DNA from: the human T2T-CHM13v2.0 reference genome, Homo sapiens
Strand: one strand, 5' to 3'
DNA length: 64,000 nt
Assembly (NCBI RefSeq): GCF_009914755.1
Contig: NC_060944.1
The notes under the pieces are model-generated. The model saw only the letters and a program-made list of their open reading frames with translations, ran no database searches and was not told the origin of the DNA. Shown one piece after another: positions 47,688 to 62,335 of the stretch (position 1 is the stretch's first letter; every line of letters starts with the position of its first letter). The position numbers and the translations under genes were made by a program.

Positions 47688-47775
47688 CACCTGCCGGGAC
47701 CTGCCCCATCACCTGCCGGGACCTGCCCCATCACCTGCCGGGACCTGCCCCATCACCTGCCAGGACCTGCCCCAT
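47688..47775. repeat. 22-bp tandem repeat x4 (CACCTGCCGGGACCTGCCCCAT)
   Basis: Units start at 47688, 47710, 47732 and 47754. Confidence 0.95.
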
Positions 47776-49298
47776 AGCTTTGGAGCCCTGTCTGCTGCAG
47801 GGGAGGGAGCCAAGCCCCAGAACAGCCCCGAGTTCTGCTGCAGTCCGGTCAGCCGGGGGCTTCCTGCCCCATTCAGTGTCCCAGGTCTGCATTCAGCAAG
47901 GGTTGGATGCTCCACCAACCCTGACCCCCCGGGAGCATACACCTGTGGGAGCAGGTGCACCCCACCTCCATGCACACACAGACACCTCCAAGGTTTTCCT
48001 GAGAGACAAGATTTGGCTCAGGACTCGCTGCTCGGAACCTGAAGGTGTAGAAAGTGCACACACTCCTAGCAGAGCCGACCTACTGCTATACCCTCCCAGC
48101 CGGTGCCCCAGGTCAGAGCCTGCCCCTTCCCCCAACCCTCCTGCCTCACCCACACCCCTGTAGCCTTGGGGACCCACAGAAACCACCGCAATGACCTCTT
48201 CTAGCAGGCAGGCCTGTGGTGCGCCTGCTGAGCTCAACCCTCCGTGAACTTGGCTGGCCCTTGCCAGGCGCAGCTCAGCCCTGCATCCGCTGGCACTGCC
48301 CACCAGACTTGCCCACCTGACCGGGACCGGGAATCTTCCTGTAGCCTCTCTAGGGAAGGTGCACTTTTCTCTAGCATCCTTTCTCTGGCTGATGGAGAGG
48401 GAGCTGGGTGAAAGGCAGGGCCTTGGCCAGAGCAGGCCTGATGGGTGGCATGGGGCTGGGGGTGGAGGAAGTTGGGGGAGGAAGTGTCTCTGGAGGTCCA
48501 AGGCCTCAGCTGGCCCTGCCCCCTGTAAACAGCCCTATTTTTTAAAAGGCCTCCTTACCCAGCTTCAGGGGTTTAAAGGACACCCCCTTCCCTTGGCCAT
48601 TCCTGGGGACCCCCCCGACCATCCACAATATTGTACTAGTATCTAAAGCAGCCAGCAAGTCCTGTCTGTCTGGAGAAGGTGAGAGTTTTCAGGGGCTCAG
48701 GACGTGCTGAGCTGGGGGGAGCAGGGGGCATGGCTTGACACCTCACAGCGGCTTCCTGAAGCTCAGTGGTGCACAAAGCAGAGCCCACAGGGGAGCCCTC
48801 GTAACTCAAGGCCTCCAGGCCATGCTAAATACCCAGAAGCCACTGGTGGGGACCACTGAGGCCATGTGAGCAACACATTTATCATGAACAGCTGTTCCCC
48901 GTGTTACTCCAAGACAACACGAACAACTGGGCCGGGCAACCCAGAGAAATGCAAACTCTTCCTCATTCAGAAATAGCAAAGAAAGTTCTCCTTCCAGAAG
49001 GGCCCTCCCCACACCTTGTAAAAGCAATTTTAAAAATACAAATAGAGGCTCCTTCCTCATGCCAAGGTTCATTATTAAGGAAGAGAGCAGTTCCAGGCAA
49101 CGCCTTTATTTAAATATGATGATTAAACTGTTTGGTTTTAATGCAAATGGAAGACACCATCTGAAATTCTGAAAGGAGAAAAAGACGCTGCTGGAGGTGG
49201 GAGGAAGGGAGAGGAAGGCAGGAAGGGAGGAGAGGAAGGGGCCAAAGCTGGTGAAATTCCTGGCATCAAGAAACCCCCTGGATGGAGAAAGAGCATGA

Positions 49299-49364
49299 AA
49301 ACAGCAAACGGCCGCGAGGCAAACAGCAAATGGCCGCGAGGCAAACAGCAAACGGCCGCGAGGC
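49299..49364. repeat. 22-bp tandem repeat x3 (AAACAGCAAACGGCCGCGAGGC)
   Basis: Units start at 49299, 49321 and 49343. Confidence 0.95.
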
Positions 49365-50899
49365 CGAATGGACCACATTCCAGGCGAGGCGGGGGCAGTG
49401 TTCAGCTGTAGCTGCTCCCTGGGGACCCACACCCTGACCCCGTGCTAGGGAGCACTGGGCTGGGGGCCAGCGAAGCACTCTGGCGTGGACGGCAGGCCCA
49501 TTTTTAACGGTGCTATTTCATTAGCAGTTTTACTCAGCTGCTGGCAGGGCCCCAGCACGGCTGCCTCTGTGGCTAGAGGGGTGCAGGGGGTGCTGGGCTC
49601 CAGGCCAGGCAGTGCCCATTTCCACAGAGCCAGTGCCCCCACACAGCCACATGCAGCAGCTTCCTTGCTACACCACGGGGCCTCCCTGGGGACTCTGCAC
49701 CTGCAGCGCACACACTGTCCCCACCTGGCCCTGCCCACGGGGCTGCTGCAGAGGCGGGCTGCCAGCTCTCGCTCCCTGGGGAATCTGGAATCCCAAACTG
49801 GGAGACGGGGCGGGGGCGGGGCGATAATATCTGCACCAGCTGCGAAGATCAAAGCACCTGTGCACGAATGGCTGACCCAGAGTCTGGCCCCCTCATATGT
49901 GACCCACGCCCCGTGAAGGCTGCACCTGGAAACCTCTTTGCCACGTCGCCATCGTGGGCTAGTCTCGAGCTGCGCCCCAGCCAGAATCCTATGTATTTGC
50001 AAACTGAGGACAGAGAGGGTCAGCTGTGTGTCCACCACTGTCCACACCGATTTTAGATAATTTGGTTTCCTCTTTAAATAGCGTTTAAGGGAACGAGCAA
50101 ACTGTCACCTCCTGAAACAAGTTTCCAATAGATTAAAGTGGGTCTTGTCTATATAGCACGCTCTGAAATGATCCTTGCCCATGTTGCCGATTAAATGCTT
50201 ATGTGCTCACTGTCTCTTGGCCCCCAAATATAGGGCCTGCCTTAAACCTTCAAACCAAGGCGGCAGTGCCTTCGTGTTAGAGTCCACTTCTTTTTATTGC
50301 CTCTTGCCTAGAAAATTATCGCAAGGGTGCACATGCTGCATCTCCCACGAACAGTTGTCTGAGGCTGGGCTAATAGAATGTCTCATAAACCTCGAAAAGA
50401 TGTTTCAAGAACACCTCCTCCTCTTGGGGCCATTCCCAGCCGAGTTCCAGAATCCTCAGGCCAGCAGGGAGATGGTGTCTGTTGGGACACTGCGGAGGGA
50501 CCCCTTGTTGAGGTGGTGGCCCCAGTCCTGCCTTGGGGACCCAGCCCTGCCCTGTTCCATCCCTCTGTGTTCCGGATGAGGCTGCCCAGCTGCAGTGAAT
50601 GGTCGGGGGTCGGGCCCGTGACCCGGTGAGGCGGGCGAGTCCATGCCTGGAAGTGAGGAGTAGGCTCGGTTCTTTCCAGTCCTGCTGCTTGCTGTCCTGC
50701 TGCTGCTGTCCTGGCACTGGGAGAGGCCAGCCTGCAAGGACAAGGCAAACTAGATGGGACCCTTCGGAGAAATCAGGCCATGCCAACACCTTTCTAATCT
50801 TAAGTCCTTGGCCAGCTACCATGCCCTGGAGACCTGCCGGTGTTCGGGTTCCATGGGGGGCAGCATGGCCATGCAGGGGACCCTCAGGAGGCTCCCACC

Positions 50900-51851
<952 letters not shown>

Positions 51852-53309
51852 TAAAACAATTCTTTAAAAAAAGTATTTTAAAAAGAGGAAAATAAAACAC
51901 AATTTGAACATTCATTGAGGAAAATAATGTTTTTTCAGAAACGAACTGCACTTTAATTTAATTTACTTGTTCACATTTTGGTCAGAACCCTGGAAGGAGA
52001 TGAGGAAGCAGGTTTGACAGGCACGTGGCCACCGTGCCTGGGTTCCATGGTTTTATTAGAGAGCCAAGAGCAGTTGATGGCAATGATGAAGTCCCAGAGT
52101 GGAAAATGCCCCGCCCAGCCCTGGGTTTAACTGGCCTGCTGGCTGAGTGGACGCTGGTGTTTTTGCGCGGGCAGCAAGGGCTCAGAATCCCCATGTAAGA
52201 CCCCGCAGCCATGATGAAGATGAGCTTTTTAAAAGTCAGAGGCTCCTGGCAGCTGCTGTGTGGGAGTGACATGGGGGAGGATGTGTGTGACATCAGGGAC
52301 ACCCCCAGCCCTGGCTTTGAGCAATAATGCTGGCAAGCCTGGGTGCAGATACGGGATTGGGAGAAACCAAGGCCTTGAACCGCTGACGGACTTGGTGGGG
52401 GAGACGCTGAGCAACAAGGAGCTGCCCACTGTGGAGGCAATGTTCCCATCCCGCAGGGGACAACTGTCCCTCTTCTGCCCCACCAGGTACAGAAGAGCCA
52501 CAGGGGACAGGCAGAGAGGAAATGCAGAGGCTGGGGACTTGGGGGGTGGCATTCCCCACCCCGGGGCATTAAGAGGTCTCTCCAGGTAAACAGAAGCTGG
52601 AAGGAGCATGAACTCCCGGCAGGAACAGGCCTGCTGGCGTGAGGGGCCACAGGCCAGCGAGGGGCCCGGGATGCCGGTGCAGCCCCAGTGCCAGGAGGTC
52701 CTGTCGTAGGTCCCAGGCCAGCTCCTTCCTCTGTGTGAAGGGAGCCTGGAAATCCCAGAAAGATCTAACAGGATCAGCAGAAAACCAGGATGGAAATGCT
52801 GTGGAGGCCGCCTGCTGCCCGCCCTGCTGTGGGGGCCGCCTGCTGTCCGCCCTGCTGGAAGAATGTCCCGGGCTGTGGCTGGCCAGCAACACCGCCCACG
52901 GGCCCTGGCAGAGGAGGGAGGCGTGGAGCACCCTGCACCCTCCAAGGCTAAATTCAGAGGCGGCCGCTGAGATTTCTCGAGCTCATCTCCCAAGCACGGC
53001 CCTCAGAGTCAGATGACGGGGGCTCAGGGTCAGCATCCTACAGACCCCCAGAATCATCAGGACCCCAGCTGGGGCAGATGGAACAGATTGGGGCAGAGGG
53101 TGCGCCAGTCTGAGCTGCCCCCTGGCTTCCAGCAGCATCCCTCCATTGTGCTGAATGTGCCTCCGCCAGGCTTCTAGCAATTTCCAGGACCTCATGGGAG
53201 AGGCTACTGGCTGAGCTCCACCCAGGACTCTTTGCCACACCCCTTGAAAGCAGAGAGCCACAGGGCTGCCCTGCTGTCCCTCACTGGCCATCTGGACCGT
53301 CTGTCCATT

Positions 53310-53870
53310 TGTCAGCTCTCCATGGGGTGCCAGTGCTAGGCCAGGTCCTGTCTGGGTGTGGGGATATGAAGATGAGCAAGAAGGCAGGGTCCCCACTCAT
53401 GGGCCACTGTCCAGTGGGTGAGGCCAGCTTGAATCAGATGATCACCCACTAACAGAACATGCAACATGATAAGTGCTTAGAATATGACAGAGAGTCTGGG
53501 CTTAACCAGAGGGCTTCCTGGAAGAGGTGACATTTTAGCTGAGACTGGAGGATGACTGGAGATTGTCTGGGAGGGAAGAGCATGGCGTGGATGTTGCTGT
53601 GGTTAAAACGTACATGGTACGGGGGTGGGAGGGGCAGGAGGCTGGAGACCTGGAGAGGGGTCTGGTCGGTTTCTAAGAGCAGGAGAGAGCTATCAAGGGG
53701 CTCCATGCTAGAAGGGACTGGATTGGAGGGGCTGGCTGGGAAGGAAGCAGGGATGCTCCAGGGTGCAGGGAGTATCAGGCTGTTACTGTTCTATAAGGTG
53801 ATGGCTTGAACCTGGGAAGGGTGACAGAGATGGGGAATGAAGAACACCAAAGATATTTGGGAGATCAACC
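53310..53870 (-). mobile_element. L2 relic
   Basis: GGGCTTCCTGGAAGAGGTGACATTTTAGCTGAGACTGGAGGATGA is a characteristic L2 3' motif. Confidence 0.75.
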
Positions 53871-53910
53871 AATAAGATCAACACCAGACACTGTCACCTG
53901 AGTTCCTTAT

Positions 53911-54240
53911 TGTATCAGTCAGCTACAGCTGTGTAACAAACAGCCACAATCAGCTGCAGACAGTAGACAACATTTCTTTCTGAGTCCCATGTCCACGGGC
54001 TGATCCAGCTGGTTCTGGCTGTGGGCAAGGGTCTGCTCTGCTTGCTGTTTCTTGTCCTCCTGGGACCAGCAGGCTGCCTGGGGCCAGTTCCTGCCATGGT
54101 GAGGACGGAAGTGCCAGAACATAGCCTGACTGCCCATGTGCAATTCAAACCTTCACTTGTGCCATGTTCACCAAGATCCCATTGGCCAATGGAAGTTATG
54201 TGGTGGAGCTCAAGTCCAGGAGGTGGAAGAAGACTCTTCT
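53911..54240 (-). mobile_element. MLT1-type (MaLR) LTR relic
   Basis: TGTATCAGTCAGCTA...TGTAACAAACAGCCAC...CCCATTGGCCAATGGAAGTTATGTGG. Confidence 0.75.
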
Positions 54241-55211
54241 TGCCTTGAGGTCCCACGCGAGGGTGTGGGAACATGCTGCTGCCGTGGGGAGGGGAGAACC
54301 GTGGCTGAGAGTCCACCCGGGAGTGTGCTCTCGTTTCCCAGTGACTCTGTGGAGAGAAACATGCCAACAAAACTTATACTACAGGTAAAAGGAAGAAGAC
54401 TTTGACAAAGGTGGAGCCCTTGACAGGGAATCATTTTGGGTGAAATGTCCATTAAGGAGAAAATATCTTTTTCAAAGGCCCCCTGTCCCTGGGCGTGTCA
54501 AATGCCAGTGCAAACCTAGGCCAAACACACGGAGAAATACTGGCGAGATCAACAGTTCAGGTGGGAAAATGGGCAGGTTGAGCGGCCGTCCAACTAAGAG
54601 GCCCTGGAAGGACCACCGCCTCCCTGAGGGAGCTCAGGAGGGAGAACGAACTCCCGAATTCCCAGCCCGAGTCGCAGAGCACAGGCGGAGGGGCCTGCAG
54701 ATGCCCTCCTTCCAGCTCCCGCCCCACCAGGCTGGCAGCTGCCCGCAGACCAGCCAGACAGCGTCATTACAGTAATCCGCCGCGGCAATGCTACACATAA
54801 AAAGATTGCTTTCCCGGAAAACTGCTGACACGCGGGTCTGGGAGGGAGCACGCCTGAGAGAGAGGAGAGATGGGCCTCCTGGATCCATACGATGCATGAT
54901 GGCTCCAGCTTTAATCAATTTTCAACCCTTGAAACTAAAATAGTCGTGATTGATGAAATTCCACAAGTCAGATCTTCTCTCTATTGCCCGTGTGCTGTGA
55001 GCAGTGAAGAGGTACGCTCCCCTCAACAGCACCTCCAGGCACAGGGGGCCTTGGGCAGCCTCGTCGGAGATCCTCCCTGGGACACCCACCCTACCCCAGG
55101 CCCCTCGCGTGCTGACGTCCAAACGCAACATGAGCAGACACAAGCACGGGGTGTCTCCCAAAGGAATCATCACACCTGCACCCCCCATATCTAGGGGACA
55201 CTCTCTCTGTG

Positions 55212-55735
55212 CTTTTTAAATTTTTTAATTAAAAATCTTTGATACATAATAGATGTACACATTTTCAGGGTACGTGTGATAATTTAATCCAGTCATGTAA
55301 TTTGTAAAGGTTAAATCAGTGTAATTGGGATATCCATCAGCTTAAATATTTGTCCAATTTAGAATGATTCTCTCCTAGTTATTTTGAAATAGACAATAGC
55401 TGATTGTAATTATAGTCACCCTAGTGATCTGTCAAACATTGGGTCCTCTCTCTTCTATCGAACTGGGTGTTTGCCCTCGTGAATCAGCCTCTCTTCATCT
55501 CCCCTTCCCCTCCCCTTCCCAGCCTCTGGTAAGCATCAGTCTTCTCTCTGCCTCAGCAAGACCCGCTTTTTTTCACTCCCATGTGTGAGTAAGAGGGTGC
55601 GATATTTGTCCTTGTGTGCCTGGCTTATTTCACTTAACATAATGGCCTCCAGTTCCATCTGTGTTGCTGCAAATGACAGGATTTTATTCTTTTTTTGTGG
55701 CTGAGTAATATTCCCTGGGTATCACTTTTGCTTGT
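55212..55735 (-). mobile_element. L1MA-type 3' end
   Basis: GATACATAATAGATGTACACATTTTCAGGGTAC...GCCTGGCTTATTTCACTTAACATAATGGCCTCCAGTTCCATC. Confidence 0.9.
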
Positions 55736-56059
55736 CCAGCAGATCCTCAGCAAGATCAGGAGTCTGTACTCCGGGGTCAGCAGTGGTTGAAACTGGCCCC
55801 AGGCCTCAGGAAGTCATGTCCCAGTGGACGGAGAGGTGACTGATAGAGGAAAAACAGTCCTCCCCACGGACAGGAGACTCACAAGTTTGTATGAGGGGAG
55901 TTCCTTGGAAATATACAGGAAATATCCACTTCTATCCATTTTCAAACCATATAATTATATTCCATCTGTGATCTCTACTCACTCGACCAATTATTGAAAT
56001 GAGCTATTTGAAGTGGAGATGAGAAGTCTTATGTCACCACATACCTAAATCTACTGACA

Positions 56060-56860
56060 GTTTAATAACTGGAATGAATATAGATCATTTTATGGCCCTG
56101 AAATGAGTGAGGCCTTTCCAAGCATCACAAAGGAAAAGATTGATATATTTGACTACATGAAAATTAAAAGCATCTGTATAGTTAGAGATACCATAAACCA
56201 AAATTAAAAGCAAATGGCAAACTAAGAGAACATATTTTCAATAGACATTACAGACAAAGAGTTAATTGTGTTCTCATAAAGCAATATAGTTTTTAAAAGA
56301 CAAGCCCACCCCTAGAAAAATGGGCAAAAGACGTGAACAGGCATATTTGCCAATTACACTCTAACCAATAAGCTTATGACAAATGCCTGACTTCTCTTGA
56401 ATCAAAGAAATGCAATGAAAGCATCCGTGATATTCAATTTATCTTCTGTCAAACTAGCAAATACCATTTTAAATTGTAAAACCAATTCTGGCCTAAGAAT
56501 TGGGAAAATACCTGCTAGCAGAAATAAATGGGCACATCTTCTTGGGGATGGGGGTGGGGGCAATGGTGCATTCTGGAACAATGTACCCAATCCCAATAAA
56601 ACTCATTAAAATGTGTCCTAAGAGGATGAGTCTCTGCACAAAAATTTGCATGGAAGAACAGTCATTACATATAATACGAAAAGCTGGAAACGGTCTCAAA
56701 AGTGAAATAAATCATGGTAGAAAGGCACGCAGCCACTGAAAGTGTTGTAGAATATTCATTGACATGTTATTCACTGACATGGAATGGTGTCCAGGCTAGG
56801 CTGACACGTAGAATAAAAGAGAGTTGCAGAAATGGTGAACATCACGTGTGTACTATTCTG
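56060..56860 (+). mobile_element. Old L1ME ORF2-end fragment
   Basis: GGAAAAGATTGATATATTTGACTACATGAAAATTAAAA...GAAAAATGGGCAAAAGACGTGAACAGGCA. Confidence 0.8.
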
Positions 56861-57974
56861 TAAGAAAGAAGGTGAAGAATTAAAGAAGTAGGTGATGAAG
56901 GGCATGCGAGTCCTGGTTCTCCCCAAAAACACTCTCTGGGGAACTGAGGGACCATGTGAACTTTCTTGCTGTCAATCAGAAGAGATTACTAGAGAAGCGG
57001 GTCAGTTTCTTATCTAACATGCTGACTCACCACCTTCCATCCCCACTGATTTTGTCCCGTGGATCGCTCTCCACAGTAATTTCGAAGCATCCTGTGGGAG
57101 GGGTATCCTGGGACTCACAAGCAAGTGCAGAGCCCGGGGAAGGCTGCACGCTCTGCCAGTGGCCACCAGACCCAGCGAGCCCTGGGTGCAGCGGAGGAGG
57201 CAGAAGCAGCAGGGTGGCAGGGGCAGCTGCCATCACCATTTTTTTTTTCAGCTAAAACTGATTTGTTAAAAAGGTCGTGCGAGTGACGGAGAGGTGCAGG
57301 AGCGTGGCCGGCCTCACTCAGCCACCTTTCAGACGTGGAGGAAGACTGTGTGCAGCAGTTGCTGGCGTCTGCCTGCGTTTGAGTGCGAGCTCTACGCTCA
57401 CTGGCGATGGGACCCGGGCAGCCACGGCTCCTCATTGTTTTATCCTAATCTCGAATGTGGGACATGGTAGTGTCTGGTGTGAGGTTCATACGAGTTATCA
57501 TAGGGTCACCGCTCACGAAGGAAGCGTCCGATAAATGCGCGTGGCCATTGTTAACCTTGTTATTGTTACTGCATACAACCAAGCAGACACGGCCTCTTTC
57601 CAAGAGCATTTGGCTTGGATGGAGATTATGAACATCCAGCTGAGGCACGTGCACGCCCTGGACCACCGAGTCCATCAGAAGCACATACGTCGTTCCCAAA
57701 ATGTGTGTGCTAGAGAGTTGACAGCGCCCGGTCATAATTATCTCAAGCTGAAAGCAGCCCAGACGCCTGCCAACCATTTCGTGTGAGTAAATACACTGTG
57801 GGATCTGCCATGCACTATGGCCCCGTGAAGGAGCAGCCTCAGCTGTGCTCAACAACCTGGATGCATCTCGCAACCTAACGTCTCGTGAGACAGCCTGGCA
57901 CGCACGACGCGAACTGAGTGACTCTGCCCAGCGGAAGCACAGAACAGGCCAAACTGGCAAACGGCGTGGCACGT

Positions 57975-58445
57975 CCTCAAAAATCAAAAGTAGAATCACC
58001 TTGGGATTCAGCAGTGCCGCTTCTGGAAACCGGGTATGTGGCCGAAGACCTGAAAGCTGGCTCTGCACTTGTACACCTGTGTTCCCAGTAGCCTTAGTCA
58101 CAGTAGCCCAAAGGTAGAAGCCACCAAGCGCCCCTCGGTGGATGAACAAAATGTGGTCTATTCACACAACGGAATATTACTCAGCCTTAAAAAAGAAGGG
58201 ACTGCTAACACCGGCTACGAACTGCACGGCCCCGGAGGACACTGTGCTGAGTGAAATAAGCAGACACAGAAAGACAGGTCCTGCGTGCCTCCACTCGTAC
58301 GAGGTTCCTAGAGTGGCCACACGCGTAGAGACAGAAAGTAGAGTGGGGGTAGGAGTGGCAGGGAGTTGCTGTTTCATGGGGACAGAGCCTCCGTTTGGGA
58401 TGATGAAAGTTCAGATGGTGGGTGGTGGTAGCGGTTGCATGTACG
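57975..58445 (+). mobile_element. L1MB-type 3' end
   Basis: AACAAAATGTGGTCTATTCACACAACGGAATATTACTCAGCCTTAAAAAAGAAGG...GCTGAGTGAAATAAGCAGACACAGAAAGACA. Confidence 0.9.
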
Positions 58446-58617
58446 TGTTTCTGTGTGTTGTTGTCCATGTACATGTTTTGGTGTGTCGTTGTCTGTGTAC
58501 ATGTTGTTTCTGTGTGTTGTTGTCTGTGTACATGTTTCTGCATGTTGTTGTCTGTGTACATGTTGTTTCTGTGTGTTGTTGTCTGTGTACATGTTCCTGC
58601 ATGTTGTTGTCTGTGTA
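58440..58617. repeat. TG-rich minisatellite (28/31-bp alternating units, TGTGTACATG...TTGTTGTC)
   Basis: Read directly; sits at the L1MB 3' end. Confidence 0.9.
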
Positions 58618-59191
58618 GGCCATGAATCTGCATCACGCCAGTGTGTTTATAATGTTCATGCTGCACATGTCTGTCAAATGAGCCAACGTGGTGCGTGTTT
58701 TATGATCTTTCACTCGATCACATGTTGAGCACTGTGCGGGCTCAGGTCGCTGTCACATCATGGGGGCTGCAGAGTAGAGACCGACCAGCCGACCCGGCAC
58801 GTTGCCTGGGGCTGGGCTTGGATCTCTTGGGGATCGTGGTGGGTAAGAGTGAGGAGGGGTCCCCATTCTGAAAGGCATGAACAATGCTTTCATTTGCCCC
58901 TTACCCCCAAGATTCCAGTTGGTCAGGGAGTCCCCCTTCTCCTGCCCTCCTGGGTTAGGGGTCCTGGCCTTTGGGGGGTAGGGGGCAAAGTGATGAGTAG
59001 AATCTAAACATGCTGTCATGGTTTCAAATGGTGGTAAGGCTGTTCATTCACCTGGGTAACCAGTGCCCCCATCTTTCAGGGTCTGTGGGATTAGAAGCAA
59101 CTTTTATTCCAGCCTCTTGACTTATTCTTATTTTCTAAACTTCTATAATGAACTTGTGTTGGTTTTTTAAAAAGAAAGAAAATGTATTTCC

Positions 59192-59361
59192 GGCCAGGCG
59201 CGGTGGTGGCTGAAGCCTGTAATCCCAGCACTTTGGGAGGCTGAGGCAGGCAGATCACCCGAGGTCAGGAGTTTGAGACCAGCTTGGCCAACATGGCAAA
59301 ACTCTGTCTCTACTAAAAATACAAAAATTAGCAGGGCGTGGTGGCACACGTCTGTAATCCC
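59192..59361 (+). mobile_element. 3'-truncated AluS (left arm plus ~30 nt of right arm)
   Basis: Alu text stops at CTGTAATCCC, with no right arm or A-tail. Confidence 0.95.
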
Positions 59362-62335
59362 CATGCATTTGGTGGCGATGTGAGGCCCAGTTGGACTTCC
59401 TGCATGCAGAACTGATTAGAGGCACCTGGGCCTCCCCTACCCGTGTGCTGGGGGCCTCCTCTGACCTCTGCACCTGGAGCTTGCAGGTAGATGCTGAAGT
59501 TGAGCTTCCCTGCACCTTAGTGTTCTGGGATCCCAAATCTATCCACCCCGCTGCTCCACCCTGCTCAGGGTGCCCATCAAGGGCCGTGGGGACTATAGCT
59601 CATCAGAGACCTTCCTGTTCCTCCTCAGAGACGCTGGTTTCCGAGGAGTCCCAGGAGGGCTCCCAGCAGGGGCCGACGGACATCCACACAGCAGCAGATT
59701 CCAGCTGGGGTCGCTGGGTGCCTGGGCTCAGCAGGGGCGAGGCTGCCCTCTCATGGCCAGGAGAGGCACTGCCTGGGAGGCCAGTGGGAAGGCCCCAGGG
59801 ACTTCACAGGTCCACACCCGCAGGGAGAGGAGTGGACCCCACGCAGGGATTGGGCTGTTGGGGCCTCTGTGCCTCCCGGAACCCCACGCATTTGGTGGTG
59901 ACGTGAGGCCCAATTGGACTTCCTGCATGCAGAACTGATTAGAGTTACGAGAAAGACTTTTTAAAAAAAGACCCTGAGATGTCAGCTTTGGCAGCTGTAC
60001 CTACCGGTGGAAGAACAGGCTCCTTCCCTCAAGCATGACTGAAAACCGTTTAAAAAGAAGTGCTCTGATTCAATGGTTCCCAGTTACACCGAGTTATGGA
60101 GACATCGTCCCTGGAGCGGGGCCCGCAAGAGTCTTTCCCTCCCATGGGGCAACGCAGTGGCTGCGGATCCCAGCCAGCCCCGAGGGACACAAGTGTGGCC
60201 GTGGTCAGCTGCGGCTTTGCTAGAGGCCCTCCCTGCTCTCATGAGACCCCGAGGGTGTTGGCTTTCTGCCCCCAAGACTGACAAATGGCCAGGTGGGCCT
60301 GCAGGTGACCTCCTTCCCTCATGGGCAGCAGGAACCAGGTGGGCCCCCACAGTGCCTGGGGCAGCTTATGCAGCAGTTACAGAGATCTGGATCTGGGTGA
60401 GTGTTTCCTTTTATTCCTTCTTATATTTTCAAAAATATAATATGTCTATGCATAGAAAAATGCCCGCAGCATATGCAGAAGTCACCAGCACATACTGGGA
60501 TGATCCCAGGAGGCAGTGGTCAGTGAGGTCAGTGGGGTCCCCTGCCCCAAGGCCACCTAGGGGCCCAGCCTTGCCTGGGGCCAAGACATCACTGAGCAAT
60601 GAAGATGTGAGCCTGGGGCACCTGTGACTCTGCGTGTCACTCCAGAGCCCAGCTGAGGCGCTGGAAGGGGCTCCAGGAAAAGCCAATTTGGGCACCCGGA
60701 GGGGTGACACCCACAGTGGCCCAGGTCTTCTGCTTTCTTGAAATCCACGAGATTTTGATGAAATAAAAGCCATTGGCGCCTCCTTGGGGTCTCACAGTCT
60801 CACGTGACAACCGGGAGAGAAGCCGGAGGTGGGTGGGTCAGGCCATTCCGGGCACACAGCGGGACAGCAGACCCTGAGGACACTTGTCCCCGCCTGGGAG
60901 TTCTCCACCCTCCTGTTCTCGGATGTGACTCAGCAATGCCAGGGCTCTGCAGCTCCGGGAAGGCCCCGAATCGGCCTGCCAGGCCCACTGTGAGACACGA
61001 GGAGGAAGGGGTGGCGGCTCCTCAGCCGACACTACCCCAGGCAGGCTTCCTGTTTGTGCCCCACTAGGACCTGTCTCCTGCACGGCCAGCCCTGAGAGCC
61101 CCACAGGGTTCGTCTGTTTCTCCCCCAGAGACCAGGAGGCTGGAGGGATCCGTGGGCCCATTTTACAGATGGCATAGGGCAGAGACTCGAGGCCAGGCCT
61201 AGGTCTGGCCTCACACCTGACCCCCACCTGCCCCCAGCCAAAGGTCACAACCCCAACCCCCTCCACATCCGTAGGTCATGCCTTGGAAAACTGCCCCACC
61301 CATGCAGAAGATGGGAGATTTTGTCTAAGAAAAGAATGATGGCTTTGCAAATATTTCCACTCTGGTTCCCCATGACAGTTCACTGTGAAACCCCGGTGAC
61401 CCCACATGACCTGCCGTTTCCTGTACAAGGGGGTCCCAGGTCTGAGTAATTTTGAGATCACGAGGTCCCAGGATGTGGCATTTGACACGGGCAGCTAAGG
61501 CCAGGAGCAGCCAGCAACCCCAGAGCCCAGCCCCTCCCCGGGGCTCTGAGGGGAGGAATTCTCTCCCCCGGGTAAATGCACCCAGGTGGAGGTGTCAGGT
61601 CAGCCACACAGACCGACCTTCCCGCCCAACGCTCCTGACTCACCAGGGCTGGAGGACCACCAGGGACCTCCCTGAAGGCTCCATCCTGTGTGGGCTGACT
61701 GTGGGGCCAGAGAAAGAGGAAGCTTCCAGGCTGGGCCCCACTACCCAAGAACCTAAAGCAGCCCCCGGTTCTGCACGGGGAGCAGCGTCTCCTCTTGCCC
61801 CCTGGCTGGTGAGCAGAGCTTCCTTCCACAAAGCGGGGGGTCAGTGGAGACAGCCCACTCTATCCCCAAAATGCTGGGCCAGTCGGGGGATGGGCCACTC
61901 TGTCTCTGAAATGCCAGACCAGATTGTTCATCTGCAGGGTTTCTTCGGCGCGAGATGAGAGGCCTCTGGTCCCATCCTAGGAACCACGGCCCAGACTGTC
62001 CCTGCCTCAGAAGAGTGACATGGACACCCACACACAGTCCCCCCAAACAGAGACACACACGCCGACAAACCTGTGCACGCTCATGCCCACTCACACGCCA
62101 CACCCCCTCCCCTGCTGGGCACCAGATAATGGAGCTGCGGAGCTGTGTGGCTGCAAGCCGCCCTTTCCGAGCTTCTGCTAGGTGGTGTGTTCAAACCTGC
62201 AGGCTTCGAAGAGTTCTGAGCATCTAGAAGAGCAGAGTCCAGTAAAAATGTAGCAAAGCCACGCATGTAAGTTTACCTGTGCTGGCAGCCATACTGACAA
62301 AAGGGAAAATAAACAAATGAGATTAATTTTAATAC

